Source: Takakia lepidozioides (lineage: Eukaryota; Plantae; Bryophyta). From it: a stretch of DNA of 64,000 nucleotides. The stretch lies in NCBI GenBank assembly GCA_030704615.1, contig CM060734.1, forward strand, positions 62,310,001-62,374,000. Direction: 5' to 3'. Made by a program: the position numbers and the translations under genes. This document shows positions 12,111 through 24,740 of this stretch, piece after piece (position 1 is the first letter of the stretch; every line of letters begins with the position of its first letter). The notes beneath the pieces were generated by a model. The model saw only the letters and a list, made by a program, of their open reading frames with translations, was not told the origin of the DNA and ran no database searches.

Positions 12111-15100
12111 CCTAGCACCCGCCCTATGAACAATTTTAAACTCAAAATCTTGTAACATCATGATCCATCTACCCCTGCGTCCATATGCGTCACTTCCCGT
12201 TGCCAACCACTCTAGTGGTTTGTGATCAGTCCTGATTACAAAAGGGGTTCCATACAGGTACTGCCTAAAGTGTAATACTCCCCACACCAAGGCATAGCAT
12301 TCACCCTCCATAGGGTGATATTTGCGCTGAGCATCAGATAGTACCTTACTAGCGTATGCAATGACCCTCTCCTTTTTATACTCCTTTTGTGACAATACTG
12401 CCCCCACTCCTTTGATGGACCATTCAACATCCAGGACGAAAGGCCTTGAGAAATCTGGCCTGGCCAGAATGGGAGCAGTCAACAGCTTCACCTGTAGGGC
12501 AGAAAAGGCGTTTTGTGCCTCTGCACTCCAGATAACTTCACATCCTTCTTGTTTAGAGTGAACAAGGCCTGCCACTCCAGCATATCCCTTGACATAGGCC
12601 TATAGTACCCTGTCATCCCCCCAAATAACTTTTGAGAGCAGTGTGGTTTTTGGGCAAGGGAAACCTTTCATTGCAGCTATCTTATCTGGATCAGGCCAAG
12701 TTCCTTCTTCAGAGAATCACATCCCATGGAACACCAACTGTAAATTGGCAAAATAACACTTGTCCGGATGAGCCTAAATTGGCCCTTCTAACCTTCATCA
12801 GTACTCTCTTTATGTGCCCCACGTGATCTGCCCAGTCCTTGCTATGGATATTGACGTCATCTCAAAAGACCTTGGCGCAATCTTTAATTTCTTCCTTAAG
12901 CACCCTATTCATTGTTCTTTGGAAGTAGCAGTGGCATTTTTTAGCCCAAATGGCATGACCAGCCATTCATACAATCCCTTCTTTGGGATTACTGCTATTT
13001 TGCTTATGTCTCGGTCGTCCATCTTGATCTGCCAAAACCAGATTGTAAATCCAGAGCAGAGAACCACTTGGCTTTCCCCAACTGGTTCACAAAACATCCT
13101 GAATTAATGGCATAGGGTAAGAGTCCCTCCTAGTCAAGCGGTTCACCGGCCTGAAATCACCACAAAAACGCTTGGATCCATCCTTTTTTCGGTGGAAGGG
13201 TGACTGGACATGACCACTCTGAACTACTTTCCCTCATCTTACCTTGTGAGATTAAAGTCTCAATCTGTCCTTGTACCTCGTTTTCCTCCCACTCTGATAG
13301 GCGGCTGGACGACTTCTGCAAGGGGAAAAGCTTTGTGTATCATTTGTATGTTCCACCTACCTCACTGCAATAATCCCAGTCACCTTGCTAAGAGCAAAAC
13401 TTCGTGATTTTCTCTCAGCTCTTGCTCCAGTCTATCCTATGTTCTGGGGCCAGCTCTGGATAGATGTGAAGTCTGGATTTCAGACTTCTCCAACGACTCT
13501 CCATTTCTTCTTCATGGCTGTGTTCCCCAACTCTTTCCTCCACCTGGTGTACAGAGTTAGCTACCCTCTGCCTTTCTTCCTGTGTCACAACCTGATTCCA
13601 ATCATGGAAATCATCTTTCTATTTCCACGTTGTTGTTCCCTAGTTTCACCATTCCCGCTTTCTGGTAAGCTTCCTGTATGATAGAGGCAGCCATGCTACG
13701 ATGGGTCTCTTCCTAAAGGTTTCAGACACTCCCTTGGTCTTCCGAACAAATCCTCCCCTAGGTTGACATTATCTATTATCTCCTCAACATTCTTGAGGGC
13801 TGCATCTACCTTTTCACTCTCCTCAGATCCTCCCATCTCCTCATCTTTATCAGATTCAGAGCTGTTAGAGTCGGAGATCCTTCCTCCTGTCCACAAACTC
13901 TTCTCGGGCTTTCTTCCTTCCCACAAACCTAGGTACTGTTCATCTGATGTCAGGGTTAAGACATTTCCTGCTGACGTAGTGCTTGCATACCTTACTCTGC
14001 CCTCAACCCCGCTGTGGGTAGGCTGTTTTGGTGACTGCAGGCTCATTATAATTTATGGTGTGCAAAGGGAAGTGAGCAAAATCCTTTCCTGGCCCATAGC
14101 GTACACGAATCGTTTCAGCTTCGGTGTCAACTACAGCGCCAAACTTTTTGAGAAAGTCCAAGCCCAGAAGCATGTGATACGTATCCGTGTTTACCACCAT
14201 AAAGGACAAGCGATTGGTCAGCTCTCCTACTTTGACCTTGATGTCCTCAAGTCTGCCCATTGCAATCTCAAGAGCACCTGAGGCTACTCTGTAATTTACA
14301 TCCTTATCAGTAACAACAGATCCCATCAGCCAAGATCCCTGACTGTACTCGCGGATATTACAGAAAGCATGGCAAGGTGTCATTTGGCCTAATCCTTGGT
14401 AATCTCCCATTGTAAATCATTACATGAAGCGCTTTAACCTTACCAGTATAAGCATACAAGATCGTGGGCTCACAGCGTGTGGCTGAGTACAAAGGCCTTG
14501 GAACATCCCTCACAATTTCTACACTGTGAGTTGTCTCCTTTTGTTGTACCATTGCCCTTTCCACCACTTTTACCAGCCCCTTTATTTGTCTAACTCTCCG
14601 GGCACAGTCATGATTAGGTCCATGGGAGACAAGGATATTCTCCCCTTGTAGAACACATCTACAAAGTTAGTTCCAGGAGTTCCCATCATAGTCTGGTCGA
14701 GTTTTCTACTGCACTCCATCACTCTCTGTATGCCCTAGTACCTTGCAAAAGTTGCATCTCACACCACATTTTCGTGGAATGCCCAAACCGGTGATATTTG
14801 TCACACTTAGCTTGGGTTCTCCTTCAGGACAATATGCACTATGTGACCTTCTTTATGACAACGTTACAAAGGCGACACGAGGTGGTGTTCTAGATCCCGA
14901 GCTTTCTCCTATGACTGGTCCCCTATCAAGTACTTATGTAGGGTAGTGTTTAGCCTGATCAAGTCTTCTGTCCACAGGGTTGACAAACACAACTGACTCA
15001 TCTGTATCATCTCCTTCCAATGGCTCTAGACGTATTTCCCCCAACTTTCCCAGGCCCCTCTCAATCTCAATGGCTGTCTCAAGTGCTTCCTCTACATCAG

Positions 15101-15976
15101 AGAAGCGCCTGCCCAGCATTACTCTTGCTATTCAGGTCTCAAACCTGCTGCAAATCTACGCCTCTGTTCCAAATCAGACGCCCCACTTCTTATAAACAAC
15201 CGGTTTCAACCTATCAAAGTATGTCTGAACCCTTTGTCTACTTTCTTTTTTGATGGTATCCATCCCAGCCTGATTTTCTGCCAAGTCAATGACACCAAAC
15301 TTGGCTGATATTGCTGCCCTGAAATCTTCCCAGTTGTCTGGTCTAGGGTTTGGTTTACGGTACCATTCATCAGCCTTGGCTCTCAGTTGAGCCTTGCTAC
15401 CTTGAAGTTTTTATCCTCATTTAAATCTCTGACATCTGCCTCCATCTGAATCCTTTCCAGCCAGTCATTCACATCTTCACTATTCCTACCATGATAAGGC
15501 ACATCTATGCTAGTTGGACTGGTCATTCTTCTACACTCTAGTCTGAGTTCAAACTGGTTTAACACCTAATTCTGATTCTAATTTTCCTGCAACACCCTTA
15601 ATTCTGACCTCTATACCACTCCCACTGTCCATTTCGCAACATCTCTACTCTACCTCCCCATGTCACCTCTCGTGCCATGGTTTTATCTTCTCCCACCTTC
15701 CTAACTCTCTTATCCAAAGTACAATGGTTGTTCTACCTCCAGCATGTATCACTCTAAGACATAAATCACCATCAGCTATTCTCCAAGCAGGGTTGAAGAA
15801 GTACAAAGAAGGGTCTGAGTGGGCATTTGGTGAGCGTCGGCTGAAGCAAATCAGCACATCTCCAATGCTTGGTTCATCAGGAATCAGTGTGTGGTCTCTG
15901 CTTGCCATCAAACCATCCAATACCAATCAAGATCCCTAGCTAGTAGATATCAAGATTCAACGCAGCTCTGATACCA
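12111..15976 (-). mobile_element. Decayed Ty3/gypsy element (gag-PR-RT-RH), tRNA-iMet primed, cut after RNase H by family A copy 2
   Basis: RH 12105-12575 (APILARPDFSRPFVLD...IAYASK...TDHKPLEWL); RT remnant ([15 protein letters not shown]); protease-like 14003-14410 (MLLGLDFLKKFGAVVD); gag remnants 14700-15565. Confidence 0.88.
15965..15976 (-). promoter_or_regulatory. tRNA-iMet primer-binding site
   Basis: TGGTATCAGAGC on the minus strand. Confidence 0.85.
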
Positions 15977-15978
15977 AA

Positions 15979-16413
15979 AGAAGGGGCATGAATCCCCTTC
16001 TCTGTGATTCTAATTGTACTCCTCTCCAATTGAAGCAAATCAAAGGAAGGAATGTTCTAGTGACCAACCATTGTCACACACGACTGTGGGGTTCCCTCAG
16101 GTTGTTCGTGTTCAGAGTTCATGTAATCCTCATCCACGCCGCAGCGGAAGAGAAGACATGGATGGGGAGTTTGGGTTCTTCTTGCTCTTGGTTCTATTTT
16201 TATACAACAGCCTTGCCCTACATTTGTAGCACCAGCAGTGTTGCCGTGATGTCTTCAGTGATGCTACCAGCCCTATGTCAGTGCTAAACACGATCCATGT
16301 GGGCAGCTCCCTCGAGCAGCAACACGTCGGAAGCCCCTTTTGTAATGAGATCACGCTTTAAGAGGGAGGCAGCTCAGATCTGCCATGAACTGCAGGCCTA
16401 CTGGTGTTCTTCA
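15979..16413 (-). repeat. Probable 5' LTR of the Met-primed gypsy element; outer boundary uncertain
   Basis: Adjacent to the PBS; TATA-like TGTATAAAAATA on minus near 16200; no second copy in the window to confirm. Confidence 0.35.
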
Positions 16414-16496
16414 AAGTCATGTTTTCTTCCTCTCATCTCCCCAATTGGCCATCCCTCATTGACCCCTTTTACTGGGCAGCTCTCTCCCTTCCCAAA

Positions 16497-16500
<4 letters not shown>

Positions 16501-16541
<41 letters not shown>
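16501..16541. repeat. (TC)n microsatellite; a second one lies at ~17213-17242
   Basis: Direct reading. Confidence 0.95.
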
Positions 16542-16545
<4 letters not shown>

Positions 16546-17209
16546 CTTGGTGTGTAGATCTCTCACTTTTTCAACAGCAGCCTATCTACAATGCAATGCA
16601 GAGTACATTCAGCCACGCATCCAGTGTCCCCAGCCTTGGAATCAACCTTGGTCACACAAGACATGATCAGCTCATTCATCAGTCTCTCTCATGCCAATTT
16701 CTGACCCTTCACACTACCTTTTTCCAAAGGAGACCCATTTGCCCAAACAGTTTTCCAACCCTTCTACAGATCTCAAACTAAACACCCCAACAGCTCTTTT
16801 TTTTTTCCCTTTCAACTGAGAACCTCAGTTGTTCATATGCTGAGACCACTCAGAAAATCAGTTCCAGACCCCAAATCAGTGTTGGTTTTGCTGCCCCATC
16901 CACATCATCATTTCTCTGATTTCAAGCAGTTATAGCTAACCCTCACTGGTTCCCTCAATCAGCTAAGCAAGGTCTGCATTGGCTCCAATGAACCAAACTC
17001 AGGGCAACATTGTGTGCAGGCTCATGACACTGAAACAAAGGAAAAAGAACAACACAAACAACAACCATTTTGTCTCTGTGATGAGCTATCTCTGTCCCCA
17101 CTCATTTTTCCTACTGACAATGTAACATCAGGTCCATCCATCTCCACCCTATCCTGGTTTGAAGTCCAGAGTCTCCATTCCATTTCTCAAAGCTTTTTCC
17201 CTTCCTCAC

Positions 17210-17245
<36 letters not shown>

Positions 17246-18240
17246 ATTCAAGAGTCAGTCCCAAAATTTCACAAAACGATTTCTAAGTGCCAAAAAAAAA
17301 AAGCCGTCAATCTACGAACTTATCTGTCTTATACTCCAGAGAAGCGGTGGGTCTGCCTGCCAAGATGGCACCTCACCATCTCCGTCAGCAGCCACATTAA
17401 CTCCTTTTCTTGTCTTGATTCCAGTGTTCATCATGCCATGACGGCTCTGCTTCAGCCTATGGCAACATCCCTGTGGCTTGCCAACTAATTACCCTATCCT
17501 TCTATATGTGCCATTCTTCCCTAAGAATTGATATGGTCCTATAGCAAGAAGACATAAAGCATCTATAAGCCTTTAATTACAGATAACCTGAGTTGCCATT
17601 CACACAAGCCAGCACTTCACATGCTTGGCAACTGTTGAGCCGCTCTATCCCCTCCATTGATTGTGCCCACAACTCCACTTCCCTGTTCTTTGGCAGCTGG
17701 TTGTTTTCCTTGCATGCTCATCCTCTCATAACTGTGTTCTTCAAGGCAAATGGCGGTTCAGGTGGTGCACCGCTCTCCTTGCCTGCTCATCCTTCATAAA
17801 CTGATCATTACCCTGAAGAAGGCGGCACCGCTTCTCTTGTTGCACAGAATACCAAGTAGAAGCCTTTAACGCTTCTCCTTAAAGCAAGCTAGAATCCCCT
17901 AGTGTAGGAGCACTTTCCTGAGACGACTGCCCTGCCAATACCAACTACTGCTCGCAGCAGCTGCTAAGAGTTGCCCGTCATCTTCCTCTTCGTCTTCCTC
18001 AACCCACGTTTCTAGGGTAAACGTCTGCGATGAAAGAATTTCATCCTAAGGATGAAAATACGCATGGTCATGACTTAGCCACTTTTTATCCTGGCAAAGC
18101 AATATCATAGTGTGCCCATGAAATTACCTGTAGGCATGGATAATTCCCTCCCGTTATTTGGCACAAGGCAATCCCTTTGTAGCAATGCAGAATCTTGATG
18201 GCAAAATAAAATTTAATGTTACTCCCCTGCATTCACACTA

Positions 18241-18834
18241 CACCAGTGGATCCGCCACTACAGTCATACCCCGCTTCTGTCTCTTTGACTGTGTTTGCCC
18301 TGCCAGTCCACCCTCACTATATGAAGAGCCCTGCTCTTCAATTGCAGTGGTTACTTACTGCCTCAAACACTCCCATCTCCTTACGTTCCCGAGTATCAAG
18401 TATGCAAGAGTCAAGAATGATTTGGGCAATGACTGGACCGGACACAATGATCGGAGACTTAGCAGCAGTGCCCTGTAACCTCTTCATCTCGTGCACCAGA
18501 CCATTGTACATTAAGTCTGCCCAAGCTACATCCTCTCCCCTCAAAGCTTTCAGGATCTCCTCTGTGAATGACCTGCTCAAATATTGTTGGTTATGTTTCA
18601 TGGCAAACAGAATGTTCAATATTTGGCCAACTTCTTTGAGCCCTGGGTACTCGGCTTTGGTACAAGCGTAACCTTGAGTCTTAAAGAAACTCCCTTCTTG
18701 GAATAAAAAATTCCCTATCTGGCAATCTTGCCCTGTGCTCATCCACATCCACATGACCTGATGGCAAATCAAACAATTGCTGCAGGTACTGGGGAGTAAT
18801 TTCTATATCTACTCCCCTCACCTGGGTAACTCCC
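18241..18834 (-). pseudogene. Fragment of the family A accessory ORF (another copy)
   Basis: FQEGSFFKTQGYACTKA...EEILKALRGE...PVIAQIILDS matches 6590-6920. Confidence 0.9.
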
Positions 18835-20380
18835 TGTTGAGCGGCTTTTACTCACCCATCCCTTCGCTATCCGAGGTGGAAACTCCAAGATAGAAGAGTT
18901 GGATATCTCTAAGTACTCAGCCCGCTCAGAACAATCAGTCATGACCTGCAGCTAGTGAATCATGTTGTGCTTCCTATTTGCATTCTTCTTGCCTTCATGT
19001 TATCATTTACCTTACCGTTTATACTGAAGCATCAGATTGCTTCAGTATCTACTAAGTTCCAGTTAATCATGCATTCATCCACACAGCTTCACTCTGTCTC
19101 TCTACACAGTGTGATTGTATTGAATAAGTATCAGATTATGATTTATCAGGTATCAGGCCAATGCCATGGTGACTCTAATCTGCCCTACAGTATCACTACA
19201 GCTTTGCATGTTACAAGCATCTACTGTTCATCTTTCCTCCTTCTCCGTGCTCTCGTTCTTGCTCTCCGCCTGATCTCCTCCCATGCATGACCAAGAAGCG
19301 CTCCCCGTGAAGTGATCCCCTTCCCTTTGCCGCTCCCTTAATCTACCCCAGCTGTTCTAACCACCTAACTAACTAGCCGTCGCCCCTGAAGTAACACGTT
19401 CCCTCGTAGATGTCTTTCCCTCACAGTCGTTCCTTGTCAATGATAACTGTTCCCTATGTACTGTGACAGACTGTGTAAAGCTGGGTCGGGCTGTGTCTGG
19501 CTATGCAAAGCTGTGTCAAGCTCTGTCGGGCTGTGACTGGCTGTGACGAGCTATGTCTGGCTATGTGGAGCTGTGTCGGGCTGTGTAACCCCCCTAAAGC
19601 CTGCTGTTGCCACCCTTAAGGCTCCTGTTGGTCTCAGTCTGCGCAAAAATTAAGGGTACCCCACAGAACCCGTAAAAGCGTTAAAGTCCCAAGCAGCCCT
19701 CTAACATTACCCCCCCCCTCTCAAAAAGCCGTGTCCTCCTCACGGTTTACCCGTTGGGATCAGCAAAACTTTGTGAGCGAGCACCCTTCTGTCGGTGAGA
19801 GTCGCGTGAAGGACTCCGTGTGTGAGCCCGAGGCTTGTCACTGGCGGATGGAGATGATTGAGCACTACCTTGAAATGTCTGACACTCCTTTGGCTGATAA
19901 CGAGGTAATCGCTCAGGCATAGGAGATCCCCGTCGTTTTTTCTCTGCCATCTAAAGTGCATAGTCCTCTGTCATCTCAAAAGAGTCCTCTGAAGAAATAG
20001 TAGTATCAGAATTCTCGTCCCCCCTTAAGTGTTTTAACGGCCGAACTTTAAGTGGAATCCTGTGTGGCATACAATGTGGTCCCACCATGTCTGGAAGTTT
20101 AAACTGTACAACTTGTTGTAGCGCTTACAAGCAAATTAGTGACATCCTGAACTCCTTATCCGTATAGGTAAGAGGTGTGCCAATGACTTTGGAACAGTGT
20201 AAGTATTTCCAGGCTTCATGTCCCTTAAAGAAAATATCCTCAGGGCCGAATTTCTGTGTTGACAAATTGTTCCAAGCCGAATGAAACCATGAATGAAGTT
20301 GGGAATCCTTCTGCATCATAACTTTTGCATCATATAGGTACATATGAGGTGGCACTGAAGGTAAGACCCAATGATCCCCA
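18835..20380 (-). mobile_element. Family A 3' end: accessory ORF tail, PPT and 3' LTR (18835-19706)
   Basis: Minus strand GAGAGGGGGGGGGTAA-TGTTAGAG at 19722-19699; MAEKKRRGSPMPERLPRY peptide. Confidence 0.9.
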
Positions 20381-20399
20381 ATAATCGGGCTGTTTGCCC

Positions 20400-22979
20400 T
20401 ATGCGAGTTTGGTTGAACCTCATGCGAAGCGCATGGCTTTACAGCAGCAGATAAATGTGTACAGGCTCACAGAGGAGCAGACTCTAAGGGTGCCACAAGC
20501 AACTTGGTGGATAACCCACCTTATGCAGGTCTGGTTAGCACAAGGGCCGGTGGAGGGCAAAGCACCACGAAAGCTCACCCAAAGCGAGATGAATGAGCTC
20601 AGACTGCAAGTGCAGAACATTGCCACAATTACTATAGACAATGTCTATAGTAGGATAGCGGAGTTATAGGAGGATGTAGACGGCCTGCAAACACCAGTGG
20701 AGGACCTCACTTCAAATATCGACAAGAGAGTCTGTGTACCTGAGAACAGCTAATGGCTTCTTATTTACAAGCGAGAACTTTGGCTTTTCAGTCCTCTTCA
20801 CAGGGGTGCAGGAGAATGCCAATGGTACAAGAGCCAGTGCCACCACCCACAACAAGTCACTGTGCCAGTAGCTGACCCTGTTGTTACTACAACCACACCA
20901 CAACCACACAACAGCCTGAGGTATGGGGGAATGCTGCTTTTAACCCACCTAAAACTCCAGCTGCACGGAACACCGTCGGGCTAAGATTATTATGCCTTTC
21001 AACCAAATTCCCTTGTGTTGGATTTGGCTTGGAAAGAATTTAGTCCTCCGCAGTCGTTGGCACATTACTATCTATCAATCCATGCGCATTTGGCTGCCAG
21101 TGGCAACTAGGACTAAAGTTCTCCGAACAATCGACCAATTGAGGATCATCACTTGCGCAGTACTGGCATGAGGCAAGTACCATGTTGAAGGAATTAAATG
21201 CCTTCCAAGTTGTACATGGATTCATTTATACCAAGACCAAAGAGGTAGCAAGTATTGTCATGGGCTGCGGTTTATACTACGCTGCTTGTTTTTCTGGTAC
21301 GGATCACATTAAGCAGCACAAAAGATGCAAACGCGCTTTCTGAGTTATTCCAGTGGGGATCATTGGGTCTTACCTTCAGTGCCACCTCATATGTACCTAT
21401 ATGAGGCAAAAGTTATGATGCAAAAGGATTCTTCGATTCGTTCATGGTTTCATGCGGCCTGGAACAATTTGTCAACACAGAAATTCGGCCCTGACGATAT
21501 TTTCTTTAAAGGGACATGAGCATGGAAATACTTGCACAATTCACAAGTCATTGGTACCCACTCACCTGGACAGACAAAGGAGCTCAGGGTCTTCACCAAT
21601 TTTGCAATTCAGCGCTTACAACAAGTTTTACAGTTTAAACTTCCAGACATGGTGGGACAACATTGTATGCCCCAGAGAATTCCAGTTAGAGTTCGACAGT
21701 TAAAACACCTCGGGGGGGACGAGGATTCATATACAACTGTTTCTTCAGCGGACTCTTTTGACATGGCAGAGGACTATGCAATTCAGATGGCAGAGAAGAA
21801 GCGACGGGGGTCTCCTATGCCTGAAAGGTTACCTCGATATCAGCCTCCAGAAGGACTGACATATCCAGGTAGTGTTCAATCATCTCCCTCAACCAGCGAC
21901 AGGACACGGGCTCGCACACGGAGTCCTTCACGAGACTCTAACCGTCAGAAGGGTACTCGCTCACAAAGGGTTACAAATCCCAAAAAGTAAACCCTGAGGA
22001 CACGGCTTTTTGAGAGGGGAAGGGGTAATGTTAGAGGACTGTCTGGGACTTAGGCACTTTTACGGGATCTGTGGGGTACCCTTAATTTTTGCACAGACTA
22101 AGACCAACAGGAGCCTTAGGGGTGACAGCAGCGCACTTTAGGGGGAGATACACAGCCGACACAGCCGTCACAGCCGACACGGCCCGTCACAGTCCGACAC
22201 AGCCATCACAGTCGTCACAGCCAACACAGCCCGTCACAGCCAGTCACAGATCAACACAGCCCGACACTGTCCAACACAGTCGCACAGCCAGTCACAGTTT
22301 CACACAGCCAGTCACAGCTTGACACATCTGTCACGACCATAGGGAACGGAAAGCAGGACAGGGAACGACTGTGGGGAACAACATCTGCGAATGGAACATG
22401 TTACTTCACGGATGACGGTTAATGAGGGAAACGGTTAGAACAACGGGTAGGAAGATAAAGCCAGGAGCGAGGACTGGAAAATGATCACTTCTTGGGGGAC
22501 TTCGGACATCACTGGGGGGGAAATGAAGCAAAGAGCGCATCTCTGAGCAGAAAGAGGGAGAGCACGAAGAAGAAGAAGAACGATCTGTTGATGCTTGATG
22601 AATGCAAGCAGTAGAGTTGTAATGTAAAGCAGATTAGAGACTCCATGGCTTCAGCTTGATACTTGATAGATATTAATCTGATGCATACTTCATACTCACA
22701 CTATGTAGAGAGATCTGAGTGAAGCTGTGGAATGAATGGATGAGTTGATGGAATCCGATAGATTGCTGAAGCAAACTGATACTTAAATACCAACAGTAAG
22801 GTAACTAGCTAACATGAATGCTGGAAGGAAAACAAATAGGAAACAACCCCATGATACACTAGCTGTAGGTCATGACTGATTGTTCTGAGCGGGCTGAGTG
22901 CTTAGAGATTTCCAACTCTTCTATCTTGGAGTTCCCGCCTCGGATAGCGAAGGGATGGGTGAGTAAAAGCCGCGCGACA
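20400..22979 (+). mobile_element. Family A 3' end: accessory ORF tail (many indels), PPT and 3' LTR (22029-22979)
   Basis: Homologous to 8230-10821; LTR TGTTAGAGG...GCGCGACA. Confidence 0.92.
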
Positions 22980-23411
22980 GGGTGCTAAGCCTGTTGAGCA
23001 GGGGTGTGTACTGGTGATACGAGCTTGGGAGCTACTTGGTTCAAGCGCAAAGGATCAAAGCCCTGGAGTCAGCATAGTCGGGGAACGGCCTTGGGAACCC
23101 GTAGATAACCAGGGAACAAGGAACCAAGACAAGTATTAAAAAAAAAGAAAAAAGAAAAGAAAAAGGTGTTATGTTTAAAGAGCCTGGTTGGTCATATCTT
23201 TGTCAAATGAGCTCCGTTTGACTCAGTTTTTGGGGGGATAGCTGCAGAAAGGAGAAATCTACCTATCTAGGCCTGGTTTTTTTGTTTTGGGGACTCTGCT
23301 AAAAATCTATGGAATTTTTAGAGTGTGAGTGTGCCGTGAAAGATCCACAATTCTGTTTCTGGAACCTGTTCTGGTCTATATGAGAGACAAATCTGTGGAT
23401 GTCCTCCTTGT

Positions 23412-24161
23412 ATGGCTGGGGGAAATGAGGACGTAATTGAAGGGCAGGCCTCGTCTCTTAGCCTGTGCACACAAGGGGACAAGATTTATGTTTCCCAAGG
23501 AACTCAGACTGATTTGAGTGGAGAACAGTTGGACGAGTTGATTGCATACTGGGAGTCAGGCATTAGCAGTGGACAACAAACTGCTGTAGTTGGCGTTGAG
23601 GGCCTCAATATTGCTTTGGATAGTCAGAACTCTGTTGGAGCCAGCAGTTCTGCAGATGTAGGTGGAATACCAAAGTGGGTGAAAGCTAGGCTTGGAACAC
23701 AGCCAAAGACAGCCCCGGGGACCAAGGTGTTCAGCCACAAGGCTGTGGTGTATTGGAGTAGAGGAACAGGAGCTACACAAGTTTGTGCAATCAGATAGCG
23801 TTGCAGCCGGACACGCTCTGCACAAGGCAACCACGAGCGGGGGTTCATTAGCGAGGACAAGTTTGTTCTGTTTGAAGGAGATACAGTCATTCGCAATGAG
23901 GACACCCGCAACCATCTCAAAGCTTTCGAGTTGAGAGACTATCAGACCCTACCTTTGTTTTCTTTAGTGTTCAGTGAGCGAGAGATAGGGGAGTATTGCT
24001 TTGTCTCTACCTGGCAGAAAGAGGAGGAGGGTTGGTTAGAGCGAGCTACTGTAGCTTGGGACAAGGTTAGTGGCAGGTTTCTGGACATAGATATACCTCC
24101 TACACCTTACCATCATGCAGAGCGAGGCACTTTGAGAGAAGTCTGGCAGTTGATAGCATAG
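23412..24161 (+). pseudogene. Disrupted extra ORF upstream of gag in the PHD element, unknown function
   Basis: Consecutive ORFs 23412-23798, 23692-23934 and 23931-24161 with protein-like composition. Confidence 0.4.
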
Positions 24162-24740
24162 ATCAGGATTAGATCTTGCTTGGGCAGGCTTCTATTCTTC
24201 CCCTCCATCTCTGTACTATTTTCATTACCTTGTACTTGTAGTTGCCAAAGCCTCTCTTGGTGGAGGCCAGTCAGTCCGGGGTTTTGGGCTGGGCTATTCT
24301 GCAGGATCAGCATTGCAGCTGGATTTGGTGTGGGGGTGTTGATGTTTTGATTTCTTGTGTTTGGATCCCCCCCAACACCTGCATGCTTGACTGTGTGCCA
24401 TGTTGGTTTTGTGTGGGCGCTTGCTTTCATAGGGATTAGGCCGGATTTGATCACCGGTCAATCCTAGAGTATGCTGTCGGTGGTGAGGCTGGAGTGATGA
24501 CCAGCAACACCACCAGTGTTTCTTCTATGGTGAGGCTGGGTTGATGACCAACCAACCATAGGAGTTCTTGCGATGGATGCAGGTGCCGGTACCCTGAGCC
24601 ATTGGAATATGACCCTTAAACTGCAACAGGTGCCCACCCGTGTCACTATTAGAATCAGTACTAGAGCCCTATAATGTCACGTAGGGGAGGTGCACATTGT
24701 GAGTGTCATCACGGAGTTACCCAAGGGTTTTGAGGGGAGT

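Noticed and set aside
23012-23026. TGGTGATACGAGC as the PBS of the PHD element
   Set aside because: Poor match to tRNA-iMet and no adjacent cognate 5' LTR.
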